Of a stretch of 64,000 bases of DNA, positions 1-14,075 are shown piece by piece. Origin of the DNA: Phaeosaccion multiseriatum (Eukaryota > Protista > Ochrophyta, other classes); NCBI GenBank assembly GCA_965112735.1, contig OZ218955.1, forward strand, positions 1,054,001 through 1,118,000. Direction: 5' to 3'. Numbering within the stretch: position 1 is the first letter of the stretch; every line of letters begins with the position of its first letter. A program made the translations under genes and the position numbers. The notes under the pieces were generated by a model, which did no database searches, was not told the origin of the DNA, and worked only from the letters and a program-made list of their open reading frames with translations.

Positions 1-2928
1 GGATTCTGGACACTGGCGTCTGCCTTTGTGGCGCCATCAGTAGCGGTGACGGGGAAGGCACTGCCTGCCAAGGCGGCATCATTATCACCTTCATCAAAAG
101 CGGCCGCAGGACCAGGACAACACAGATATCAACGTCAAACGGGGTGCAGCTGCGGGAGCCAGGGTGGCAGCAGCAGCTGCCTGGGGATGAAGGGGTTCGG
201 GAGTATCATTGACGGAACGGACAAGAGCGCTCTATTTGTGGATCCTACGAACCCGGCGTCCGACGCCAAGGTGAAGCGAGACTTGGAGGTGAGGAAGGAT
301 GAGAGTGAGGAAGGAGGAGGAGGAAAGGAAGGAGGAGGAAGGAGGGGGAGGAGGAGGAGAAGGAACGATGAGGAGGGAAAAGGAGAAGGAGGGGGAAGAG
401 GAGCAGGAGCAGGAGCACCAGGAAATGTAGGAGAAGGAGCAAGAGGAAGACGGAGTCAGATCGAGGCGAGCAGTGATCGGGCGGCGAAGGACAGACACGG
501 TGGCGACGAGCATGGGTAGAGAGTGAAGCGGAGAGGCGGAGATGAAGAAGGACGCGAAGAAGAAGAAGGGAAAGGGGAATCTTTTTCTCTCATCCACCCC
601 ACTTAGTCACCGTATTCTCCCTTTCATCGTCAAAGTCACTACTCGAAAGACCCCTCCCATATCTGCCCTGAGTCTTTGCTTCCCCATCTTCTCGTGCACC
701 CTGCCCCTGACGAAAGGTCTGAGGAGAAGGGAAGTTGGAACACATGGACCATTCATGCTCATGCCCTACTCCTGGGGCCATCGATACACAAATACTAACC
801 CCTCCCCCCTCCCCGTCCTCCTCCTCCCTCCAACCCCCAGATGATCACACGGAGACACCCGATGAAGATGCTCGATGGGGGGGCGATGGAGACAATGGTG
901 TATGACGAGGCGCGCATCGGCCCCCCGCCTGACCTTCCCTCCCTCCTCCTGCACAACCGTATCGTTTACTGCGGTATGCCCCTCGTGGCCGCCGTCACAG
1001 GTGCGTGTGTGTGGTTGGATGAGAGAGAGAGAGAGAGAGAGTTTGTGTGTGTATGTGTGGTCTGTCCCTCGTGGCTGCTGCCATCACAGGTGCGCTAGCT
1101 TTAACCCTCGCCCTTCCCCCACCCCTTACCCTTTACCCTGTCGGAATCGTCCTTCCATCTTCCTCATCGTCCTTCTCCCGCTCCCCCCCCTCCCCCACTT
1201 GTCCTCCCCCACGCCTCTCCCTCGCTCCTCCCCCTCCACCTCTCCTTCGCGACGAAAACAACCCCCCCCCCCCCCCCCCCTGACACTCACACTCCCCCTC
1301 CCCCCGCACCCCACATTCTCACAGAGCTCATCGTAGCGGAGCTGCTGTACCTGAATTACGAGAGCACGGAGAAGCCCATCTACATGTACCTCAACACGCC
1401 GGGCACGTCCACCCCGGACGGCCGGTCAGTGGGATTCGAAACCGAGGCCTTTGCCATTGCAGACACAATGAAGTATGTGCGGCCTCCGATCTACACCATT
1501 TGCGTGGGGCAGGCCTTCGGAGCAGGAGCCATGCTGCTTGCTCAGGTGCGTGCGTGTGGGTGCGTGCGTGTCTGGGTGTCTCGTCAGGGAGGGGCGAGAG
1601 GAGGCGGTGGGACAGTGTGTAAAGCGGACGGATGGGTGGGGGAGGAAGGAAGGGAGGGAGGGGAAGGCGAAAGGGGAGGTGGAGAGGAATACCGCACACG
1701 TCGCTGAGCCGAAGGGTGTTGGAGCTGAGCATCCCCCCCTCCCTCCCTCACTGCTTCCTTTCCTCCTTCCCTCCCTCCCTCCCTTCCTCCCTCCCTCCCA
1801 CCCATAACCCCTCCTAGCTTTGTTGTCTCCCCCCTACTCAACTTAGCTCAACCAACTAAATAGCTGGCTCTCTTGACTAATTCACGTCCTCCTCCTCCTC
1901 CTCCTCCTCATGATCCTCATCCTCAACCTCCTCCTCCTCTTCCTCCTCCTCCTCCTCCTCCTCCTCCTCCTCCTCCTTCTCCTCACCCACTCCCAGGGCG
2001 AGAAGGGCAACCGCTCTGCCCTGCCTAACGCGAGTATCATGCTGCACCAGCCCCGGAGCATGGCGAGGGGACAGGCCTCTGACATTGCCATCAAGGCCAA
2101 GGAGGTTGTGGCCAATAGAAAGATCACCGTCAGCATGATCGCCAAGGTTAGTGTCGTATGTTATGTCAATGGGTGGGTGGGTGGGTGGGTGGGTGGGTTA
2201 GTTTAGCTTCTCACTGCAGACTGACGCTGCTGTTGCTGCTGCTGCTCCATTCCGACTGCCTCTTTCTTCTATCACTTTTTCTCCTCTTACTCACTTGTCT
2301 TTTAACTAAACACTGCAGGCGTGCGGCAAGAACGTGGAGATGGTGGAGAAGGATGCGGCTCGCACAAAGTACATGAGCCCGCAGGAGGCCGTCGAGTACG
2401 GCATCATCGACAAGGTATGTGGATGGCAGTGGATGGCAGCTGGACGGCTGGATGGGTGGGTGTCAGGACAGAGGATAGGGGGTTCGTGAGTGCCTGGGTG
2501 CGTGGGGAGTTGGGTTGGGTGCGTTCGTGCGTGGGTGGGTGTATGGGCCCTGTCTGCCCCTGCTGCTGACTGCGCGAGGAGAGTTGGGGGGGAGGAATCG
2601 CGAAAGGTCTTCGAAGGAAGAAGAGGATGAGTCTGGCGTATTTATGCTTTTCTCTCCCCCTCATTCGCACGTCCATCTCCCTCCCTCCCTCCCTCCCCTC
2701 CTTCCTCCCCGTCGTTTAATTTTTTTGCCTTTGCTTGGCTTTGCTTTGTATTGACTGCTGTTCTTGTTTTGTTTTGAATGAACTTTAAAAAATTTAATTA
2801 TAATGTGGTTTTGTGTGAAGGTGCTGGAGAGCAAGAAGGAGAAGGTCGGGCCCACCTGGATGGACACATTCAAGGCGGATATGGACCCCTTCCTGGCAGA
2901 GAAGGAGAGGGCTTCGACCATGTGGTAA
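1..2928 (+). CDS. clpR: Plastid Clp protease non-catalytic subunit ClpR, 5'-partial. Exons <1-288, 841-1000, 1325-1545, 1997-2146, 2319-2414, 2821-2928
   Basis: The spliced frame gives [122 protein letters not shown]. The catalytic Ser is replaced (GQAFG versus GQAAS) and the GFETEAFAI insert typical of cyanobacterial/plastid ClpR is present. The N-terminus has the LASAFVAP plastid-targeting motif. All introns are GT-AG and keep the frame. Confidence 0.93.
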
Positions 2929-3436
2929 CACTTGGGTGTAGCACACTTTCGGAGTAGCACCTTTAGGGGGGGGGGGGCAATTGGGACTGCTTAGACAGAG
3001 GGACCATCACGAGAGAGGAAACGAAGGCGGAAGGGGGGGGTTGGAGAGTGGAGGGGGCCTCCACAGAGACGGGAGGGGTTGGGACAAGGAGAGAGGGAGT
3101 GGGGTAGCTAAGTCCTGGAGAGAGAGGGCGAAGGTAGGTGGGTAGGCGGGTAGGTACCTTCCCAGGCCTTCCAAGCTCACTCACTCACTTGCATGCATGC
3201 CCACAAAGAGAGGTTTGGACGGGCACATCTCTCTGCCTCTCTCTCTCTCTCGCTGTGTCTCTCTCTCTCTCTGCCAAGGGGGCGATGACGCAGATCCAAG
3301 CATGTGGATGGGAGTTAGTCGGACCAAAAGGAGAGGAGGGGTTGCGAGGAACTCAGTGCTGTTCCCCTGCTTTTGCTCTCTCTCTCTTTTATGTACTTAA
3401 AATTAATTGAATGGGTTTACGCTTTCACGCTTATTT

Positions 3437-3565
3437 TCGACCCCTGACACGCTATCGCCCACTTTCTCGATAGCGCGCCGGCTGGCGCCGGGATAGCGGA
3501 TAGCGTGTCAGGGGTTGAGGCTGGCGCCGGCGATAGCGGATAGCGGATAGCGTGTCAGGGGTCGA
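3437..3565. mobile_element. MITE-like element with CCCCTGAC termini, flanked by TCGA on both sides
   Basis: TCGACCCCTGACACGCTATC (3437-3456) is the perfect reverse complement of GATAGCGTGTCAGGGGTCGA (3546-3565). An internal second copy of the right end lies at about 3498-3515. No coding capacity. Confidence 0.7.
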
Positions 3566-3826
3566 TTTGATTATTTGCACACAAGCGTGGCGAGGTTGCT
3601 GAGACGGGAGAATTTGAATTTTAGGTCGTGGGCCGGCCTTGTTCAAGCCGGCGGGGGCCCCCAGAAACGAACGAGAGAAAAGCAACCCCAACAGCGGGGA
3701 CAGGCCTTCAGGACTGTGGGGAGGAGGGAGGTAGACGCTCAAATCTATGAGCGGCATTCTCCATCCGCCTCTCGGTGCGCCTTGTTTGGTGAAACGGAGA
3801 TCGCCTTCGAAAGCAAGGAACCAAGG

Positions 3827-5226
3827 ATGAGCCTTTGTGGAGAATGTTACCTCTCCAAGGAGAACGTGCTGGAGCTGAGGCTCTTCTCACGGAGACGCTT
3901 TAAGCCCAGGCCCTCCGGGGAGCAGCTCAGCCCGAGCTCCAAACGTAGTAACAGCGGGCCTTTCGGTAACTTGAGCCAACAGCAACAGGGTCTCAAAACC
4001 CTGAACCAAGCTCTCTCGCCTCACCAACAGTGTGCGGGGAGTCCGCGACAGAGCTTTTCTCCGGGCTCGTGCACCCCGCAACAACGCCACCACCTCCAGC
4101 AGCACCAGCAGTTCAAAGCGGAGACCAAGAGGGAGAAGCGGCGCCATCTCCACGTCCTCACACAGCTCAACGTCGCGAGGAAGTGTAGGTCAGTGGAGTC
4201 TGCATTCCCGCCGGCACACATCTCTCGGCACACACGCCTTTCCGTCCAGCAGTCTTTTGACTCGGCCTTCCCTTCTGTCTCCGGCTCACTCACCTCCCCC
4301 ACCCCCCTCCCTCCCTCCCTCTCTCCCTCCCTCCCCGTTTGTCCCTCACAGACTCGCTGCCTCTCAGAAGCGAAACGTCTACCCTCCCGCCCTGGGTCAC
4401 TACACTTCCTCTACTGGAAGTCTGGGGAGTGCCGGTGGAGAGGGAGGAGGCGGAGGCGGAGGGGCAAGTGCGCGCACCAGCCCTCACATGCTCGCGAACA
4501 AGACCATTGAGGCCTTCGATGTGGAGGAGCGCTGTGTTGTCTGCCTGGAGCTCATCGACGAGGTTCTGGATGAGGTGCGTTAACACACAGAGAGGGAGAA
4601 AGAGAGGGAGGGAAGGGGGGGGGGGGGAGAGGGGATAGAGAGAGGTGAGAAAGGGGGACGGAGGGAGAGGCTCTCTTCGCAAGGGAAGAAAAGTCATCGG
4701 CAATGCCCCTCTGTGTGCCCCACTTACCCTCCTCTCTCCTCTCCCCGTACTCCTAATCCCTCTCCCCCCCGTATTGTGTGTGTTTCCACTATGCCTCTGG
4801 AACCCCTCATACACAGGTCCGTGAGCTGCCCTGCTCGCATCTCTATCACCCGGCGTGTCTGGCCATAGCAGCAGCGCGAGCCGCAGCCTCCTCGTCCTCT
4901 CGGAAGTCCTCCTCCTCCTCCTCCTCCTCCTCCTCGTCCTCGTCCTCCTCCTCCCCTGCCTCGTCGATGAAGTGCCCCGTTTGCTTCCCCTGGGGGCGCA
5001 GTAGTACGGACGTCAATCGGCAGAGCCGTTACCGTCAGGCGGAGCTCAGCATCCTGAGGGGCGAGAAACGACCCGAGGGAGAAGACGGAGATAAAGAGGA
5101 AGCAGAAGCAGCAGCAGCAGCAGCAGCAACACCAACCACAACAAGGAGAATCGAGAGGGGTGAGCTGCTCGTGTTCGACGACAGCCAAATGACAACGGCG
5201 TCAGCCTCGTCCTCAGCGATGGACCT

Positions 5227-5266
<40 letters not shown>

Positions 5267-6010
5267 GAGGAGGAGGGGGAGGGGGAGGGGCAGGCGCAGT
5301 GGCGGACGGCGCGCATCCCCGGCTGGGCCTTCATGCTGGCGGGCAATGCCCTCTTCCAGCAGGGAGCAAGGGTGGGCAAGCTCGCCAGCAAGGCTACCGA
5401 GTTGGTCCCACAGCAGCAGCAGGAGGAGGAGGGAGATGGAGAGCGCAAGGAGGGCCAGGGCAACCAAGACGACACCACCGTTGCTACTGCTGCTGCTGAT
5501 GCTGCCGCGGGGCAAGGGATGGAGGTGGTGGTGGAGGAGGAGGAGGAGGTGGTGGATGGGGTGGTGGAGGAAGAGGAAGGGGTGAGGGGCGTGGTGGTGG
5601 CGGAGGAGGCGGAAGAGGAGGAGGCCTCACACATCGTTGGAGGAGGAGGAGGAGGAGGAGGAGGAGGAGAAGAAGAAGAAGAAGAAGAAGAAGAAGAAGA
5701 AGAAGAAGAAGAAGAAGAAGAAGAAGAAGAAGAAGAAGGGGAATTGGGGCTTGCAATCAGGGTGAGGCACGAGGGTATCGGAATGTGCCTCAGTAGTGAC
5801 GGTGGCGCTTCAGATTCGGGGGAAGATGACAGCGACAACGACGACGAAGACGAAGCAAGCTACAGCTTCATTGACATGGGTGACTCGTTCCCCTCATTCT
5901 CCTCTTCGGTCGGGCCAAGTGGTCGAGCGCCGCTCCCGCCCAGCTGCGGTGGGCATGGCTTCTACCGTGGGTACGGGCACCGCGGCGTATGGGGGTTTCC
6001 GCTGCAGTGA
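3827..6010 (+). CDS. RING-H2 finger protein (putative E3 ubiquitin ligase) with acidic low-complexity tail. Exons 3827-4188, 4352-4574, 4817-6010
   Basis: The spliced frame gives CVVCLELIDEVLDE|VRELPCSHLYHPAC..(poly-S)..KCPVC, which is C3H2C3 spacing. Introns are GT-AG and in frame. The start codon is uncertain because the frame is open from 3575. Confidence 0.8.
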
Positions 6011-6249
6011 GGACCCTCACTGGGCGTGGCTGCGCCCGTCAACATGGAGTGCCGTCCTGCGATACTCAGGGGGGGCAGTGATAGTGGTGTGTTGGTTGGG
6101 ATTTAGAGCCACGGAGGCAGGGAGGAGGGAGGAGAGAGAGGAGGGGTGTAAGCCCGAGCGAACAGCACTTGGGACGGATGTGAGGGGGGGCGAGGTGTGT
6201 TGGGGGGGGTGGGGGTGCGTGACCCCACACAGACACATCCATAATCACA

Positions 6250-6268
6250 TACACACACACACACACAC

Positions 6269-6305
<37 letters not shown>

Positions 6306-6306
6306 T

Positions 6307-6367
<61 letters not shown>

Positions 6368-6396
6368 AGAACACGCACATACACACACACACGCAC
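6250..6396. repeat. (CA)n microsatellite tract
   Basis: Direct reading; representative of many CA/GT tracts in the window. Confidence 0.95.
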
Positions 6397-7100
6397 GCCA
6401 CGAGAAAAGGCTGTGTCGCAATGAGGTGTGCAGTGTTTGCGTTGATACGGTGGGGGGTAGGGTCGAGGCAGGAAGGGAGGGAGGGAGAGAGCGAGAATGA
6501 GAGACAGCCAAGTGGTCTGCTATGCTTGCCGAGAGAAGCCTGTACATAAGTTTGTTGTGAAAAGCTTGGGAAATGGGGAGTTATTATTTTGTATTGTATT
6601 GTTTATTCCTTTTGGAGGGGGCGTGCGGCATGGCATGGGGGATGTGAATACATTTGAAATGGGTGAGAGGGGGCGGGGCGCGTTAGTGCCACGCAGCAGC
6701 AGCTGCAGCAGTTGGTGATAGAGCAGCAATTGGTGATACGCAGTCGGGGGGATACAGGAAGTGTAGTTATAGTTCGAGGAGAAAGAAGAGGGGGAGGAGG
6801 GAGGAGTGTGCATAGAGGCAAGTGTCCCAGGGAGTCGACCCCTTCTTGCAGGCATGCATGTCTTTGAGTGGAAGAGATGAAGCTTGGTGGCGAATGATTA
6901 CAACACACAACACACACACGCACGCACATACGCTTTAAAAAGAAAAAGAAAAAAGAAACACGCAAAAGCGTGCAAACCTGTTTGTAGAATTAAAAACAAA
7001 AACAAAAAACAGAACAAGTTTTTTTTCTGTCTTTCACAGAAATCTATTGAAATCCTTCGAAAAAATAATACTTCAGTAGCATTTACTACCTGTGTGCGGC

Positions 7101-7225
7101 CCACACGGGTGCCATAATATTTAATATTTGACACCCGTGCGGGGGGGCTGTCGGACCATATTATTTTTTATGGCACCCGTCCAGAGGACGTATATTTTTT
7201 ATGGCACCCGTCAGCACCCGTGTGG
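7101..7225. mobile_element. Short TIR element with subterminal repeats
   Basis: CCACACGGGTGC (7101-7112) and GCACCCGTGTGG (7214-7225) form a 12-bp inverted repeat. Internal TTTTTTATGGCACCCGTC occurs twice and ACACCCGTG once. AT-rich core; no clear TSD. Confidence 0.55.
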
Positions 7226-8409
7226 CTTTAACAATTTTTTTCCCCACTCATAGAGAGGGTAGACAGCAGCATTGGCACTCGTCACCAACCGGGCTTTGCT
7301 TCCCCGGGGGCGGGCCGAGTAGGTCATGCAGAACTGAAACGGTACCCACCCAATTAACCCGCCCCCTCTGAGCCACTCTACTCACACGAGGATCGAACGT
7401 CCAATCGCGCCGACGGAGGGGCGGACACCTCCTCACAGAAAACAACGATAACAACCAACTCCTTTCACTCCTCGTGATCTTACGTTTATATACTTGTGAT
7501 TTACTAAACTTTTCTCCTACGAATGTAATTGTCATACGATTGTAAGTAACACATTGTTCCGTGGCTGGGGGAGCCACAACAGACTGCTATTTCTACTTGT
7601 ATTCATATTCCTACACTGCCCACCCACCCAACACACACACATCACTGCAGAACTTTGCATGCGATGCCTCTTCTTCTCCCAAGTGGTAGCCCCCCCTCTC
7701 CACTACACTTTCACACTTTCACACTTTCACACACACACACACACACACGCACACACTCACACAAACACACGCACACACATACACACACACTCACACACAC
7801 ACACACACTACCACCACAACCACCACCCACCACATAAACCCCCCAACCCCGCTCACATTCACATACCAACCACGCCGCAAACCGCTCCAAGTCGCCGCGC
7901 ACTTTCATCCTGATCGATTGGTCTGTGGGTTTCCCGGTCGGGGTGGGATGCTACACGCCGAGGAGCCCTCAAATGGGGCTCAAAGAGGTGAGGGCTGAAG
8001 CGAAAATCTGCTCAATTCCCGTCTCCCGCCCTCCCCCCCTCCCACCCGCCCCTCTGGCCTCTTGCTTTTACAGGACACGCCCCCCCTCTCTCTCTCTTCT
8101 CTCAGCTTTCAGATGCACTCACGCACGCACATTCGCGCACGCACACACCACTTCTCTCTCTCACAGTGTGCTCCACGTATGACACACTCTGCCTCCCTCT
8201 CTCTCTCCGTCTCTCTCTCTCCGTCTCTCTCTCTCTCCGTCTCTCTCTCTCTCCGTCTCTCTCTCTCCCCCTCTCTCTCGCGCTGCTGCTGCTGCCGCTG
8301 CTGCAGCTGTATCACCAACTGCTGCTGCCACCCGCTCCTTTTCGGTGCCAACAATGCGGAACGGTACCCAACCTTCTCCCAAAAATCCCTTCTCGGCACG
8401 ATGCCCTCG

Positions 8410-9166
8410 CTAGTTGAACAGCGAGGACATAAAGCCGGGACGACCGCCGCTCTCCTCTCCACTGCCCCCCGGCCCCCCCCCGCTCATGCCAATGGTGTCA
8501 ATGCTGGAGGAGAAACCTCCTCCTGTCATACCTCCCACCCCCCTACCCCCCACACCTCCCCCCCTTCCTCCTCCTCCTCTTCCTTCTCCTCCTATTCCTC
8601 CTCCTCCTCCTCCTCCTCCTCCTCCTCCTCCTCCCCTTCCTCCTGCTCCTCCTCCTCGTCCCCCTCCTCGTCCTCCTCCCGTGAACTCGCGACCATCGGG
8701 AAGAGAGATCGCTCCTCCTTCCCCAGACAAGAGTTCATCATTGTCCATCAACATCGGAGAGAAGGCCCTCCCTCCTCCTCCTCCTCCTCCTCCTTCCGGG
8801 GCCTGATGCAAGTGTTGAGGGTGTTGCAAACGCTCTCGCTGCTGTATCACCAACTGCTGCTGCAGGTGGTGCTGCTGCTGTTGCTGCGCTATACCCCCAA
8901 GATCGTGTGGCTGGCTGTGGGGCCGTGTAACCGAAGCCCCCGTGGGGAAAAAACCCCTGGTTGGTTGTTCGCCGCCGAAGAACGCGTTGCTGCTGCCACC
9001 ACCGCCACTACCACCACCAGTAGCCCCACCCAACCCCTCGCCCACACCAGAGCCAGTGCCACGGGCGAAGGGAGGAGGGGTGTGCACTGCACTTCCGTCA
9101 AACGAAGCTAGTCGTGGGCGTGAGTGGTGTTGAGGGTGCTGTATCACCAACTGCTGCTGCTGCTGG

Positions 9167-9200
<34 letters not shown>

Positions 9201-12200
9201 TCTGTTGCGGATGGAGGTGGTGGTGTTGCTGCTGGTGGTGCTGCTGGTGCTGGTGCTGCTGGCTCGCATTGGAATGGGCGACTTGACGCAGAGGCAAGGC
9301 ATGATTCTCTCTCCCCTGATGCATCTGCTGCTGCTGCTGCTGTTGTGGATGCTGTTGCTGCTGTTGCTGCTGCTGTATATGCTGCTGTATACGCTGCTGC
9401 TGCTGACGCTGCTGGTGCTGGTGCTGTTGCTGCTGCTGGTGCTGATGCTGTTGCTGCCGCTGCTGCTGCTGCTGCTGCTGTTGCTGTCGCTGCTGCTGCT
9501 GCTGCTGATGCTGATGCACAGAGAGGACGGGGGCGTGAGGTGATGGAAGTCCGTCTCCATCTAGCAGGCCACTCCCTCCTCCTCCTCCTCCTCGCCCCCT
9601 TCCTCTTCTTCCTCTGTCGTCTTCTCCCTCCCCCTCTGCCTCTCTTCCCTCCCCGTCCGACAGACTGTGGCTGCGGCCTCTCGCCATCCCCCCGGCCTCC
9701 CCACTGCTCCCACCACCACCACCACCTCCTCCTCCTCCTCCTCCTCCTCCTCCTCCTCCTCCTCCTCCTCCCCCTGCTGCTGCTGCTGCCGCTGCTGCTC
9801 CTCGCTGGGTGTGATGCTGCACAACCCCCGCTGGTCCGAGTGTCTTGAGAAGCGCCAGACTGCTGTAGTCTCCGGAGTCCAGCAGCTCTCCATCGTTGAG
9901 CTCTCCCGGTTTGGCCATAAAGAGGGCGTTGAGAGTCTCTGTGTCCAGACCGCGGCAAGCCTGTCGCGTGTGTGTGTGTGTGTGTGTATGTATGTGTGAG
10001 TGTGTGTGCGTACGGTGTGAGCGTGAGCTTTGAAGCCAGTGAGTATGAGCGTTGAAGCCTGAGAGTCAATGGTTGTGAGCTGAAGTACGTATGTGTGTGA
10101 CTTGTTGAAGTCAGAGTGCCGAGATTCCTTGTAAATTAGGGGGGGGAGGTGTACCACAAGGCTTGCTCAAGGCTTACGTACCGTCTTGATGACGAGCATC
10201 CGCTTGAGCTTAAACTGTTCGAGCTTGTCCTGAAGCGACTTGTGGCCTTTGCCGGCATTGCTCTTGTGCAGTCGGCCCTCCATTTGCTGCAGCTTCTTGT
10301 TCAGAGAGCTCACCTGGGGGGACGGGAAGGGAGGGCAAAGTGAGGAGCGGACCACCACCACCAGCAGCAGCAGCAACGAACAGCAGGGGCGGAGGGGGGG
10401 AGGGCGCAACGACAAAAAAACACACACACGCGGAAGTAGGTGGTACGGCCCCCATCATCAAGCAACAACACAACACAACGCACCATTGCAAAAACAACCA
10501 ACAACAACCCCACCACCACCATCATCACCACCACACAACAACAGCGGCAACCGCGGCCCCTCCTACTCTCTCCCTAACGCTAAACCTAACCGTAACCGCC
10601 GTAACCGCCGTAGCCGTACCTGTCGATGCGGCCAGCGGTTGAGGCCGTACTGCCTGCACAGCTTCTTGAGCATTGTGAGGGACACATTGAGGAGCTTGGC
10701 AGCGGAACAGAGGGGCATGTGGTAGTACTGCTCCAACACTGACACCGGCAGACGAGCCGCCACCTGTGAGTAAGTCAGTGGGTAGCATACATCAGTGATT
10801 GCGACAATCAAGGTGAAAAGAAGGGAGGGCCGCGAGGAAAAAAAAAGGAGGGCTACACATGGCACCAATGATGACAAACAATGATGATGATGATGATGAT
10901 GATGTTCATCGTAACCCACCGCCCGACCTACCTCCTCGCTGGTCTGGCGCTTTGAAGAGGCGGCGGACATGGCGGGGGTGGGGGCGGCTGCCGAGTGGGG
11001 GCGGGCCTGGGGCTGGGGTGATGGGTGGGGTGATGGCACCATCATGGGGTTGTTCGGGCCCATGCCCGGACCCATGCTCGGGCCCATGCCGGTCACACCA
11101 CCTGTGTTCATGCCCATGGGAACGCGCATTGCCGGGTTATTGTTGTTGTTGTTGTTGTGGGGGCCGTGCTGCGGGTGCTGCTGCTGCTGGTGCTGCTGCT
11201 GCCTATATGCCTGCTGCCGCTGATGCCGCTGCTGCTGCTGCTGCGGGTGGTGCTGCTGCTGGTGGTGCTGCTGCTGCCGCTGGTCGTCGATGTTGTTGTT
11301 GTTGTTGTTGTTGCTGCTGTGGGGGCCGTGAGCGTTGTCCGGATTTAAGTCGTCCTCGAAAGGGTGCGGACCGCTCTGCCCCGAGTGCAGTCGCTGCCGC
11401 TGCTGTATCACCAACTGCCGCCGCTGCTGTATCGCCAACTGCTGCTGCTGTTGCTGCCGCTGCTGCTGGTGCTGCTGCTGCTGGTGCTGCTGCTGCTGGT
11501 GCTGTTGGTAGGGCGACTCGTGCCGTGTAACAAGCGGTTGAATGCGCTGCTGCTGCTGCGGCTGCTCCTGCTGCTCGAACGGGTGGTAGTGTGGTTGGAG
11601 CGGTATGTGCTGTCCTTGTCCTTGCGTTTGCTGTTGTGGTTGTCGTTGTTGCTGCTGTTGTTGCTGCTGCTGCGGCGGCTGCTGCTGCTGCTGCTGCTGT
11701 GGTCGTGGTTGTGGTTGTGGCTGTGGTTGTGGTTGTTGTGGTTGGTGTAGGTGCTGCTCATGGAGGCGAAGAGGAGGCTCTTGCGATTCTGGCGGTGAAG
11801 GCGATATACTTGCCAGTATTGGTGGCATTGGTGGGAAGTTTCCATACTCCTGCCATGGAGAGAGCACACGTGAGATAGGGGCCACTGCTTCCCCTTGTGC
11901 TGCTGCTGTATCACCAACTGCTGCGGTTGCTTCTCCTCCCTGCGGTGGCGCCTCCCCTTCACCCCCAAGCATGGGCATCGGAGTCGGCGATGATGGCAGA
12001 GGGTTGTGCCAACTTTGATGCTCGGACGTGTTGTTGCTGTTGTTGGTGGTGTTGATGCTGTTGCTGCTGCTGTTGTTGCTGCTGCTGTTGACGGTGTTCC
12101 AACTGTTGCATCGCATACTCGCCATGCTGCTCTGAATCACATTCATTTGTGGTACAGAAGGAGACACCCCCTCCTCCTGCTGCCCCTGTTGCTGCTGCAG

Positions 12201-13216
12201 CTGCTGCTGCTGTATCACCAACTGCTGCTGAGGAGGAGGAGGCTGATGGTACGGTCGGCGCGCACTTTGCGCCTGCAAAGCAGCAGCAAGGCCCTCGTGA
12301 TCGAGCAGCCTTCCACTGCCATCGCTGTTGCTGTGGCTGCTGCTGCTGGCATCACCCCTACTCCCCTGTTCGTGTTTGGCGCTGGCAGCAGCAGCAGCAG
12401 CAGCAGAAGCAAGAACAGCAGCAGAAGCACCGCCTTGGGCGCCCCCTATCGCCAATGATTCAAGGCGGGTGGAGCCGACCTTGGCATGGCCACTTCTGCT
12501 GGTGGGGCTCAGGCTGTTGTCCCTGCTTGGTTGCTGGGTCAAGACAAAATCAAAACTCGAAGCCGGAGAGGCTGGATTGAGTGCTGCCCCGGCGCCTCCT
12601 CCATCCCCTGCCTCCTGCTGCTGCTGCTCCTGCTGTATCACCAACTGCTGGTCTTGCCGTTGATGCTGCGGTTGTGCTGGGAGCAGGGACTCATGATTTG
12701 CAAGAGAAGGCACCACACCCCCCTCCTCAGGCCTACTGGCGCCCAAGGTAGGCGACCGCACGTCATCATCGCCTCTCGTGGCAGCAGCAAGCATCTCCAA
12801 CGGCCAACTGTCGCCGGCCGGCAGGGGCTGCTGTATCACCAACTGCTGCCCCTCCACCCCCCCCTCCCCATCCTCCCCGTGCCTCGGCCCCTCCTGTTCC
12901 AACACCACCACTGTACGCGCAGCAGCCTCGCTGGCCACGTCTTCAGCTTCCTCGCAGGCCTTACTCTGTACCACCAACTGCCGCTGTTGCTCCGGCTGAA
13001 ATGATCCCACCTCAACCTTGTTTCCAACTTCTGCGACCCCTGCTGCTGCTTTTCCCTCACCCTCTCCAACCGGGGAGCACGCGGTGTCCTCTTCGCGAAA
13101 TGTGTCAATGCTTAAGCAAAAAGTCGCTCTGCCTCTGCTGCTGCTGCTGCTGCTGCTTTCTTGGTTGTCCATTGCTCCTCCGTCTTGCCTGCCCCCCCCC
13201 CCTCCTCCTCCTCCTC

Positions 13217-13251
<35 letters not shown>

Positions 13252-14005
13252 TGGCTGACCTCGCCCCCGTCGTCGTCGTCGTCATCGTCGTCGCTGTCGT
13301 CGCTGTCGTCTCTCTCGTCCCTCAGACGGTCAAAGCTACCGCGTGGGCCCGTGGGTCCGCCCTCTCCCTTCTCCTTCATAAACGACGTCGACTGAAGGGA
13401 AGATATGACGATGGGCTGCGAGACGGCAGTTTGGTGGCTGCTGCCCGCTCTACTGCCCGCCCCAATATTTGCAAATCCGCCAGCCCCTCCTCCTCCTTCT
13501 CCCCCCCCCCCTCCTCCTCCTCCTCCTCCTCCTCCTCCTCCTTCTCTTCCCCCCCCTCCAACTCCTCCTCCTCCTCCTCCTCCTCCCCCACCCACCCCCC
13601 CTATTCCCGCTCCTATTCCTCCGCCTCCGCCTCCTTTCCCTCCAATACATTCCATGGCGTCTCTTGCTCCCCTTGCTGCGGCCCCTTTCGCTGCTGCTTC
13701 TCGCAAGCTCCCTTTTTGCTGATGGTGGACAGGCTTTCCCAGCGCCATGCTTAGGCCGCCATCAGCACTATCACCACCAGCAGAGAGCGGAGGCCTGAAA
13801 TGATACCCACATTCAGCTGGATTGGCGGCCCCGCTTCTTTCCATTGCCAGGCTTGACGCCTTAAGACGGCCGGGGGTGCTCTCCCTGCTCTTTTGTCGCT
13901 TAATAGGGCTGTCCTCCATAAAACCGAAGTCGTCATCCGTGCGGATGTGGCTAACCATGTGCCGCGAGCGAACGCTCCGCTCCCCGTCAGCATCGCGGTC
14001 ACTGC

Positions 14006-14039
<34 letters not shown>

Positions 14040-14075
14040 ACTGCCTCTCCTCCTGACCCCAGCACCAGCATTCAT
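8410..14075 (-). CDS. RWP-RK domain transcription factor (~1656 aa, Q/G-rich). Exons 14075-10932, 10763-10620, 10313-10182, 9960-8410
   Basis: LEQYYHMPLCSAAKLLNVSLTMLKKLCRQYGLNRWPHRQ|VSSL is a canonical RWP-RK domain. Three phase-0 GT-AG introns join ORFs 10563..14228, 10167..10427 and 8410..9918. The start Met is inferred. Confidence 0.88.

Noticed and set aside
841-2928. Catalytic ClpP
   Set aside because: The nucleophile Ser is absent (GQAFGAG) and the ClpR-type insert is present.
8309-8320. Phage lambda operator-like half site (TATCACC)
   Set aside because: Only a 7-bp coincidence, with no operator symmetry or phage context.
8309-12979. QLVIQ as a protein-level repeat motif of the RWP-RK factor
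   Set aside because: The codons are essentially invariant, and the same DNA is read as AVGDT or lies in non-coding sequence elsewhere.
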